The position numbers and the translations under genes were made by a program. A stretch of 45,708 bases of DNA from a virus, in IMG/VR virus record IMGVR_UViG_3300028832_000024. One strand, written 5' to 3'. The notes beneath the pieces were generated by a model, which saw only the letters and a program-made list of their open reading frames with translations, ran no database searches and was not told where the DNA came from. Below, in pieces: positions 25,742 to 32,032 of this stretch. The stretch's first letter is position 1; every line of letters begins with the position of its first letter.

Positions 25742-25978
25742 CAAAGACAAAGATCGGCCGACGTTTCGCAACATTGGCCGACCCCTTTTCTTATCTTATG
25801 AAACCTTTTGGCACGACAAATATAGAAAAACCGCCCGTGTTTCGCAACAGGGACGGCCAAATAACACTAAAACGTAGTAACCTATGAATTCGTGGCAAAT
25901 ATATAAAAACGGGGCGTATTTCGCAACAAGCCCCGTTCCAACCACTTAAAACTATTTGATATGCACACTACAAAGATA
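25742..25978 (-). repeat. Array B: three tandem hairpin / T-tract / TATATTTG units (terminator-promoter modules)
   Basis: Hairpins at 25910..25935, 25831..25856 and 25754..25781, each with loop GTTGCGAAA(T/C). The stems differ between copies but remain complementary. -7 boxes lie at 25971..25978, 25896..25903 and 25817..25824, and the last unit is degenerate. Spacing is 77-79 nt. Confidence 0.7.
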
Positions 25979-25982
25979 GTGT

Positions 25983-26348
25983 TTATTTCATCGTTTCCGC
26001 GTTAAGGTGTTTATGGATCAGCGTATAAACGGCGGTAATCGCGGCTTTGTTTTCGTTGTATTCCTGTTGGGTGCAATCGGCCACGAAATTTTCGAATCGC
26101 TTGTATAAGTCTTGCAATTCGGTATGTGTCATTGTGTACCGACGGCAACCCGATTCGTCAATTACGCCCATTCTTTTGTATCCGTGTTCAACCATAACGG
26201 CGTCCGCGTCGCCAAAAGAAACATTTGCGCGAAATTTTTTAGATCCGTTTATATCGCGGTAAAATGCGTAATATAACGAACGTTTTCCGGCCTGTTTATC
26301 AATATACCCGTACTGTCGGGAAACGGGGTTGTAATAGTTGTATTTCAT
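25983..26348 (-). CDS. Hypothetical protein (121 aa)
   Basis: ATG ORF; no motif recognised. Confidence 0.5.
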   Translation of the reverse strand: MKYNYYNPVSRQYGYIDKQAGKRSLYYAFYRDINGSKKFRANVSFGDADAVMVEHGYKRMGVIDESGCRRYTMTHTELQDLYKRFENFVADCTQQEYNENKAAITAVYTLIHKHLNAETMK

Positions 26349-26392
26349 AACAGTTTGGATTTATGGCCCCGCTTGCGCGGGGCGTTATTTAT

Positions 26393-26638
26393 TTATGCAA
26401 GTTCGATTCCAACGTAAGTATATTCCAATTCTTGATCGTATTCGGAACCGTCAAATTTTTCGCCAAAGAAATTTTTGATTTTGGAAACTGCGTCGGTATT
26501 GTTGCCCTCAATTTCAACAGTAAGATAGATTCCGCCTTTTTTGCGACCCGCTAATACGGTAACGTCAACACTTGCACCCGCGATTGCACCAATTTTGGCG
26601 TTCATCATTTTTTTAAGAAGATCCGTTTTCATTTTCAT
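26393..26638 (-). CDS. Hypothetical protein (81 aa), first gene behind P-C
   Basis: ATG ORF 13 nt after the leader hairpin. Confidence 0.5.
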   Translation of the reverse strand: MKMKTDLLKKMMNAKIGAIAGASVDVTVLAGRKKGGIYLTVEIEGNNTDAVSKIKNFFGEKFDGSEYDQELEYTYVGIELA

Positions 26639-26651
26639 TGCGTTTTTTGTT

Positions 26652-26727
26652 CCGAAAACCCGTTCGGTCGGTCGGGTTAGTTCCTTAACCCACTACAAAG
26701 GTACGACAATTTTTCTAATTTCCAAAA
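26652..26727 (-). promoter_or_regulatory. Promoter P-C with two-hairpin leader
   Basis: Minus strand TTTTGG (26722..26727), 19-nt spacer, TACCTTTG (26696..26703), then GGGTTAAGGAACTAACCC (26674..26691) and CCGAACGGGTTTTCGG (26652..26667). Confidence 0.6.
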
Positions 26728-26833
26728 GTTTTTCCTATATTTTTCGAAAAAAGTTGCATTTTTTTTGATTTTCCCGAAATAATACGCCCCGATCGGGGTA
26801 TATTTGTATTGAACAACCCAAAAAATAATCGTT

Positions 26834-26977
26834 ATGCCTGTAATGAAAACGCAAGGTGGTTGGCGTTGGGGCCAATCCGGGAAAGTTTACCCGACAAAGG
26901 AACAGGCCGAAAGACAGGGACGCGCGATTTACGCGTCGGGGTACAGGGAAAAGCCCACGCAATCCAAAAAGAAATAG
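26834..26977 (+). CDS. Small basic protein (47 aa); the only plausible plus-strand gene
   Basis: MPVMKTQGGWRWGQSGKVYPTKEQAERQGRAIYASGYREKPTQSKKK. It is preceded by TATATTTG (26799..26806) and followed by hairpins and a plus-strand terminator. Divergent from P-C. Confidence 0.45.
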   Translation: MPVMKTQGGWRWGQSGKVYPTKEQAERQGRAIYASGYREKPTQSKKK

Positions 26978-27055
26978 GGAATTATCGGGTTTTCCGATTT
27001 TTCCCTATCTTTGTGGTGTCTTTTTACCACGTATCGCCCTTTCGGTAATTTGACG

Positions 27056-27100
27056 CCGCGCCCGCCCACGGATCAGTCCGCCGACGGGTGCGGTTTTTTT
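27056..27100 (+). terminator. Plus-strand intrinsic terminator at the convergence point
   Basis: CCGCGCCCG (27056..27064) pairs with CGGGTGCGG (27085..27093), 9 bp with one G-U pair, followed by TTTTTTT (27094..27100). It abuts the stop codon of the converging minus-strand gene. Confidence 0.6.
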
Positions 27101-27387
27101 CATCGAAGATTCGGCGTTATCTTCTTTCCCCCGCAAGATTCGGCCAACTGTACGATTATTGCGTCGTTTTCCGCGTCTTTCGGCGCGACAACTTGCGCGA
27201 TTTCGCCCATTATATCGAACAGGTAGTAATCGGGTCGCGGATCGGCCAACATTAGTTCATAATGGAAATATTCGGGGCCGGTGTCCGAAAGGAATGCGAA
27301 CGCCAAAACCTTATAATCGCGGACGCCCTCTTTTTCCATTACGGCGCGGTATTCTTCGCCCTTTATGCTTTTGCTATTCCGTGCCAT
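27100..27387 (-). CDS. Hypothetical early protein (95 aa)
   Basis: ATG ORF; last gene of the P-A operon. Confidence 0.5.
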   Translation of the reverse strand: MARNSKSIKGEEYRAVMEKEGVRDYKVLAFAFLSDTGPEYFHYELMLADPRPDYYLFDIMGEIAQVVAPKDAENDAIIVQLAESCGGKKITPNLR

Positions 27388-27610
27388 TGCTGAAAAAATC
27401 TTTGCGGTAAAACTGTATTGCCAATTGCGCGGCCCTGTTAGGCGTGGGCGCGGTTATTTGGTACGTCTTGCGCGGGGCGTGGTTGTTTTGCCCGAACCCA
27501 CGGCAAAGACAGTCGTAAATCGTGTATGGGTTCCCGCGTTCGGGTTTGTCCAACGGGCTTTGCGAAACCTCTACAACCGACAACGGATTTGAAAACCTGT
27601 ACTTTTGCAT
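27374..27610 (-). CDS. Hypothetical early protein (78 aa)
   Basis: ATG ORF in the co-directional block. Confidence 0.5.
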   Translation of the reverse strand: MQKYRFSNPLSVVEVSQSPLDKPERGNPYTIYDCLCRGFGQNNHAPRKTYQITAPTPNRAAQLAIQFYRKDFFSNGTE

Positions 27611-27613
27611 AAC

Positions 27614-27910
27614 CTATTTGTTTTTAATCCTTGATTCATAAACGGCCCGCCGTTCCCCGTCCTTGCGTGGTACGCCTTTTTTGGTCAGCGCAACGCCATA
27701 ATAGAAAATAGATATTTCCAGATAAACTGTAAACGATACCTGTTCAACGCGGATCGTATCCATTCCGTCGGTAACAATATCCCCTATCTTGTACTTTGCG
27801 TTTTCCGCAACATATTGTCTATATGCCAAATGTTTTGCGTTGTCCGCATCGTGTTCGATCGCCTTAATTCTTTCGTCTAATTCTTGCTTTGTCATAACTA
27901 AATAAGTCAT
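27614..27910 (-). CDS. Hypothetical early protein (98 aa)
   Basis: ATG ORF in the co-directional block. Confidence 0.5.
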   Translation of the reverse strand: MTYLVMTKQELDERIKAIEHDADNAKHLAYRQYVAENAKYKIGDIVTDGMDTIRVEQVSFTVYLEISIFYYGVALTKKGVPRKDGERRAVYESRIKNK

Positions 27911-28003
27911 TCAAAATTCAACAAATACCATAAAGAAAACGAACAATGCACCCAATACGGCCATTGGCCAACGTTCTTTAACGTCTTCCCAAATTTGTTT
28001 CAT
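27911..28003 (-). CDS. Mini membrane peptide (30 aa)
   Basis: Hand-translated: MKQIWEDVKERWPMAVLGALFVFFMVFVEF. Its stop abuts the next ATG (TGAATG). Confidence 0.3.
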   Translation of the reverse strand: MKQIWEDVKERWPMAVLGALFVFFMVFVEF

Positions 28004-28004
28004 A

Positions 28005-28247
28005 TTACATTGATTCTATTTGTTTAACAATCGTTCCCGGACGCCAAAAACCACGTTTTTTTGCGTATTTCGTGGCGGTTTTTTCATCTTTGGCGAAAAC
28101 CTGTTTTCCGTTTACGTCCCAACAGGGAAGATTATTTTTCGGGATTGGTTTTACATATACTTTTGACGTCCCCGTGTCAAACAATTGTTTATCGGCGGAC
28201 GCCGCAAGCATCGCCAACCCCGCTAATAATTTAAATTGTTTATACAT
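28005..28247 (-). CDS. Secreted or lipoprotein-like small protein (80 aa)
   Basis: N-terminal signal-like MYKQFKLLAGLAMLAASA. Confidence 0.45.
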   Translation of the reverse strand: MYKQFKLLAGLAMLAASADKQLFDTGTSKVYVKPIPKNNLPCWDVNGKQVFAKDEKTATKYAKKRGFWRPGTIVKQIESM

Positions 28248-28271
28248 AACTTTTTGATTTTATGGGACGGT

Positions 28272-28535
28272 TTACTGTCCCTGTATTTTTACTTTCTTAT
28301 GCGTTGCGAATGTATGCCCGAAAGCGGTAATTTCCGCGTGGCAAAGATTTTCGTACAGGAACGACAACATTGTATCATCGACGGGAATGCTTCCGATAAG
28401 AACGGGCCTTTTGTACGCAACAATAGCGGATATTAAAACGCTTGCCGTCTTGACTGTCAATTTGTCATATTCGGCGGAATAGGTTTCGCCCATTAACTTT
28501 TCAATGTAGTTCAATTGTTTTTCAGTTGCTTTCAT
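28272..28535 (-). CDS. Hypothetical early protein (87 aa from ATG 28535)
   Basis: First ATG (MKATEKQLNYIEKL...) of track ORF 28272..28625. Confidence 0.45.
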   Translation of the reverse strand: MKATEKQLNYIEKLMGETYSAEYDKLTVKTASVLISAIVAYKRPVLIGSIPVDDTMLSFLYENLCHAEITAFGHTFATHKKVKIQGQ

Positions 28536-28548
28536 AATTCGGGATTGA

Positions 28549-28782
28549 TTAAGCGGCGTAAAAAGAAATTTTGATACCACGACGTAATTTGCAAACGCAT
28601 TTATCATCAAGCGAACCGAACGCACGATCTAAAAGGCGGTTGCAAAGTTCCAAATCAGCGACGATTTTAACAAGCCCCGAAACGCCAACAAGCGTGTTAA
28701 TCTTTTTCCCGTCGAACAGGCCCGAAACCTTGATTTTGTAATTAGCGTTGATTTCGCGGGTGGTGTATTTAAGCGTTGCCAT
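28549..28782 (-). CDS. Hypothetical early protein (77 aa), first gene behind P-A
   Basis: ATG ORF 19 nt after the conserved leader. Confidence 0.5.
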   Translation of the reverse strand: MATLKYTTREINANYKIKVSGLFDGKKINTLVGVSGLVKIVADLELCNRLLDRAFGSLDDKCVCKLRRGIKISFYAA

Positions 28783-28801
28783 AACTGTTTGTTTTTTGTA
28801 T

Positions 28802-28876
28802 CGGGAATCGGCCCGATCCGTTGGGTTAGTTCCTTAACCCGCTACAAAGGTAGGTATTTATTTTTAATTACCAAAA
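28802..28876 (-). promoter_or_regulatory. Promoter P-A with two-hairpin leader
   Basis: Minus strand TTTTGG (28871..28876), 19-nt spacer, TACCTTTG (28845..28852), then GGGTTAAGGAACTAACCC (28823..28840) and CGGATCGGGCCGATTCCCG (28802..28820). Confidence 0.65.
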
Positions 28877-29035
28877 CTTTTTCCATAATTTTTGCAAAAA
28901 AAGTTCGAAAAAAGTTATTTTCGGCGATTTTTCGATTTGTGGCCATATTTCGTGGCGGACGGTAAGTTGTACCATTTTCGGGGGAAAGTGTCTTAAATCC
29001 AAAATAAACGCCCTTTGCGGGGACGATATGAACAA

Positions 29036-29339
29036 CGGCCACATTTCGCAACGGGGCCGCGTTCGATTGGTTAGTTTGTAAGAAAAGAAGATTATGATTC
29101 AATGCAAATATAATAAAAAACGGTCGCGTTTCACAACGGGACCGCCCTTTAAGCAATGAAAAAACTATTTCGTACGGCAAAGATACAAAAAACGACCGTA
29201 TTTCACAACACGGCCGTTTCTCTCTTAATCCTATAACCTATATACTGTTCGATGCAAATATAAATAAAACGGGTGGATTTCGCAACCGACCCGTTAGCAA
29301 ACATAATCAATTATGAGTATTTTAAGCGTTACAAATATA
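29036..29339 (-). repeat. Array A: four tandem hairpin / T-tract / TAT(A/C)TTTG units (terminator-promoter modules)
   Basis: Hairpins at 29270..29293, 29193..29216, 29121..29144 and 29036..29059, each with loop GTTG(C/T)GAAA(T/C) and covarying stems. -7 boxes lie at 29332..29339, 29255..29262, 29178..29185 and 29105..29112. Spacing is 72-85 nt. Confidence 0.7.
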
Positions 29340-29342
29340 CGA

Positions 29343-29957
29343 TTATTTTTCGATAACGACGTGTTCGACCCCTAAAATTTTGGTATGCGGGTTCTGGCTT
29401 ACCACGTCCACGCGCCGATCCTGTACGCGCTTCGTTTTCCACAGGAAACCCAAAAATCGCTTATACTTAACCGTTTCGGCCAACAACAGGGAATCCCGAT
29501 TGGCCAACGTTCCCGTAAACTGATCTTTGGTCAACAGTCCGTCAAAGTCGAACCACGCGTCCCCGCAATGGACCGCCACGGCGGGCGTAACGATCGAATC
29601 CCGTACAATGATAACCGTATCCCGTGGCGTGGCCTTTAAGTCAATGATCGTTTGCGATTGGGTCGTATTTACCGCCGATAAGTCCCTGTTGCGGGCTTTA
29701 AGTTCGCGGATCAATTCGGCGTCGTCGGCGCGGAATCGTTCGAATTCCTTTATTGTCAGTTGCAAGGATTCGACCCGCGCGGCGTTCATCGAATCGCGGA
29801 TCTTGAACAATTCCACGTCGGAAAGCAACGCGGCCGTATTCCCTTTGTACCTGTCGCGTTCGGCCGTCAACTGTTCAATTCTTTTGTTGGTCAGTATAAC
29901 GGCAATTGCGACCGCCACAATACAGGCGATCGCAATTAACAGTTTCCGCGCGTCCAT
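29343..29957 (-). CDS. Type II membrane-anchored coiled-coil protein (spanin-like candidate)
   Basis: From ATG 29957 (TAATG overlap): MDARKLLIAIACIVAVAIAVILT (TM anchor), then a coiled-coil RIEQLTAERDRYKGN...IKEFERFRADDAELIRELKARNRDL, then a globular C-terminus. Last gene of the lysis block. Confidence 0.4.
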   Translation of the reverse strand: MDARKLLIAIACIVAVAIAVILTNKRIEQLTAERDRYKGNTAALLSDVELFKIRDSMNAARVESLQLTIKEFERFRADDAELIRELKARNRDLSAVNTTQSQTIIDLKATPRDTVIIVRDSIVTPAVAVHCGDAWFDFDGLLTKDQFTGTLANRDSLLLAETVKYKRFLGFLWKTKRVQDRRVDVVSQNPHTKILGVEHVVIEK

Positions 29958-30325
29958 TATGCGCCGATATGGGTTTTGTCCGTACTGTTGTACGCCCAAC
30001 CGCTTTCGGAATGGTCGTAAGACACGGTTTCCACGTTGGCCGCGTCAGCGTAAGTAAGACACAATCCGCCGTTTTCCGCGTCTTTGTAGGAAACGACGTA
30101 CAAGTGTTGCGCGGTTCCTGTTTTCTTTGCCACTTTGTCGCCAACGTTCAGCGCGTCCAACTGTTCGTCGGTTAGCGCGGTAATGTCGGCAACCTCTAAC
30201 GGAAGCGCGGAACCCGCAAGGGCGGAAAGGATCGCGCCCAACGCGCCGCCCAAATCAATTTGGTTGCCCTGTCCGGCAATCTTTTCGGCGATCAACGCCA
30301 ATAATTCGTCCTGTTTCATATTCAC
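29957..30325 (-). CDS. Hypothetical protein (122 aa)
   Basis: ATG ORF within the lysis block; no motif recognised. Confidence 0.5.
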   Translation of the reverse strand: MNMKQDELLALIAEKIAGQGNQIDLGGALGAILSALAGSALPLEVADITALTDEQLDALNVGDKVAKKTGTAQHLYVVSYKDAENGGLCLTYADAANVETVSYDHSESGWAYNSTDKTHIGA

Positions 30326-30361
30326 TTAACGTTAAATGGTTTGCACAAAGTTAACACAAAA

Positions 30362-30742
30362 TTATTTCCTTACAACCCCGCCCAATTTATCCGCCCATTT
30401 TTCAGTAAAAAACGAATAATAGGAACGCCCCCGCGACGGATTCCAATACCACGCCCACAATAGCGACGGAATGCCCACGACAAACAGGTATAAAGGCCCC
30501 AAATAAAGCGATTGGCGGGAATGGCCGTATTCGTGTCCCCAAGTGTCCGGATTCGACAAATACGGCCATTTTACGATAATTGTACGGCCCAACGAAATAC
30601 CGCCCTTAAATTTTCTATCAACAACGACGTTGACGCCACGGAACAGGATTGAACGTCCACGGTATATAACACGAAATGCAAGCCCGACAATATTTTGCGG
30701 GGCTTGCCATATCCAAAGCAATATTTCCCAAACTGTTTTCAT
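30362..30742 (-). CDS. Membrane protein with an HExxHxxQ zincin-like motif
   Basis: From ATG 30742 (ATGA overlap with the amidase stop): an N-terminal hydrophobic helix, WGHEYGHSRQS, then a second hydrophobic segment LYLGPLYLFVVGIPSLLWAWYW. Confidence 0.45.
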   Translation of the reverse strand: MKTVWEILLWIWQAPQNIVGLAFRVIYRGRSILFRGVNVVVDRKFKGGISLGRTIIVKWPYLSNPDTWGHEYGHSRQSLYLGPLYLFVVGIPSLLWAWYWNPSRGRSYYSFFTEKWADKLGGVVRK

Positions 30743-31227
30743 CGTTCCGCCGTGCAAATGGAAATCGGGAATTCGGCCTTTGCATCGAAACACGGGCAAA
30801 GTTTAATCCATTCGTTTTTTTCGATCGTCCCGTTTCCGTTCTTATCGGGGCTTGCGTCCCTGTGGCCGATAACTTCCTTAATCGGGTATTCGTCCATAAG
30901 ACGATAAACCAAGTCAACCAACGCTTTTTTTTGTTCGGGCGTCCGCGTGTCGGCGGGTTCCCCGTTTTCGTCAAGCCCGCCCACGTACACGATTCCGATT
31001 GAATGTTTGTTGTACGATTTCCCCGACAGGCCCGCAGTATTGCAATGCGCCCCGTCGCGGGAAAGAGGTCGGCCCGTTTCCACGGTCCCGTCCAAGTCAA
31101 CGACGTAGTTGTAGCCGATGCAAGCGAAACCGCGTTCTTTATGCATCTTGTCAATGTCGGAAGCCCGCAAGTCTTGGCCCGCGCGGGATGCCGTGCAATG
31201 GATTACGATAGCATCTATTGTTTTCAT
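30739..31227 (-). CDS. N-acetylmuramoyl-L-alanine amidase (Amidase_2 / PGRP-type endolysin)
   Basis: AIVIHCTA...DIDKMHKERGF..IGYNYVV...GAHC...HSIGIVYVGG...VIGHRD......CPCF is the typical T7-lysozyme-type motif order, including the Zn-ligand His/His/Cys positions. Confidence 0.85.
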   Translation of the reverse strand: MKTIDAIVIHCTASRAGQDLRASDIDKMHKERGFACIGYNYVVDLDGTVETGRPLSRDGAHCNTAGLSGKSYNKHSIGIVYVGGLDENGEPADTRTPEQKKALVDLVYRLMDEYPIKEVIGHRDASPDKNGNGTIEKNEWIKLCPCFDAKAEFPISICTAER

Positions 31228-31231
31228 AAAC

Positions 31232-32032
31232 TTATAAGTTTAAACCCAAATTAAAACGGATATTATCAACGGCGTGGTTCTGCAAGATTTCCGCTTCCGT
31301 TAAGGCCCTGTTATAAATACGGATTGAATAGATTTTCCCCATATAATAACTGCCGTTACTGCGCCGTCCTATATAGGTGGTTGCCGTTGAACGCCCGCTC
31401 ATATATGTATTGCCGTGCGCGGTCATTGCTTCCCCGTTTTGGATTGCGCGGTTAACATTGACGCTTGCGACGCCCTTCATTGGCAACGTGTCGTAGGTGG
31501 TTCGGTTCGTTCCGTTCGACCAATTCAGTACGCCGCCCACGCTACCGAACGCAAGCGCGTTTGCAGTTTTCGGCATATACAGAACACGCGTTCCACTTCC
31601 TTCCCTCTCAAAACAAATTTCGATCGTACCCGTGGAGTTTAACGGCGTGGTAAACGCCGTGTTGCTCAAATAATCGTCTGTCCCGTCGAAATATATGTGG
31701 TCCGCATTGAACGTTGCCCCGTTGTTGGTAAATAGAACGTTTCCGACGACGCTTTCCCACGACGTGTTCCCCGTTTTCCCCGTCTTTCCGTCCAAGTGAA
31801 GGACAAGCCCGTCTTGTACGTAATCCGAAAGATTCCCGCCGCTTCCCGCCGCTTGTTGGACCGTAAGGGTTTGCGACACGTTCCCCGCCGTGAAAGTTAC
31901 GACCTTCGAACGGGCCGCCCCCGTATTCGGATCGGAAGAAACCGCGATTTGCTGATTACCCGAAAAGTCGGGGGACGTTATATAAATTTTATCCCCCGAA
32001 CCGTCGGCCCATTCAATTTGTTGTGTCGGCAT
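31232..32032 (-). CDS. Protein with C-terminal half of a BACON domain at its N-terminus plus a LamG (concanavalin-like lectin) domain
   Basis: From ATG 32032: MPTQQIEWADGSGDKIYITSPDFSGNQQIAVSSDPNTGAARSKVVTFTAGNVSQTLTVQQ (second half of a BACON domain). The C-terminus ...YMGKIYSIRIYNRALTEAEI is the classic Laminin_G_3 ending. Confidence 0.65.
   Translation of the reverse strand: MPTQQIEWADGSGDKIYITSPDFSGNQQIAVSSDPNTGAARSKVVTFTAGNVSQTLTVQQAAGSGGNLSDYVQDGLVLHLDGKTGKTGNTSWESVVGNVLFTNNGATFNADHIYFDGTDDYLSNTAFTTPLNSTGTIEICFEREGSGTRVLYMPKTANALAFGSVGGVLNWSNGTNRTTYDTLPMKGVASVNVNRAIQNGEAMTAHGNTYMSGRSTATTYIGRRSNGSYYMGKIYSIRIYNRALTEAEILQNHAVDNIRFNLGLNL

Noticed and set aside
26735-26962. 75-aa minus-strand ORF opposite the 47-aa plus-strand gene
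   Set aside because: It overlaps the P-C upstream region and the divergent promoter. Its translation looks random, whereas the plus-strand peptide has a coherent conserved-looking motif and its own terminator.
27006-27100. Independent plus-strand sRNA (TATCTTTG box at 27006..27013, GTGGT...ACCAC hairpin, terminator)
   Set aside because: No TTG/TTTG element lies at the right distance upstream of the box. The terminator is explained more simply as the end of the 47-aa gene's transcript.
28842-29180. 112-aa minus-strand track ORF, plus ORFs 25587..25877(+), 25600..25887(+) and 25657..25860(-), covering the arrays
   Set aside because: They start at non-ATG codons, run straight through promoter boxes, hairpins and T-tracts, and have junk-like composition. 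The repeat structure explains the sequence better.
29036-29339. CRISPR array (regularly spaced repeats with unique intervening segments in arrays A and B)
   Set aside because: The repeats are not identical; only the loop and the TATATTTG box are conserved, and the stems differ in every copy. Spacing is irregular (72-85 nt). There are only 3-4 units, and no cas gene or leader is present. The promoter-in-repeat resemblance to some CRISPR arrays follows from the shared -33/-7 consensus.
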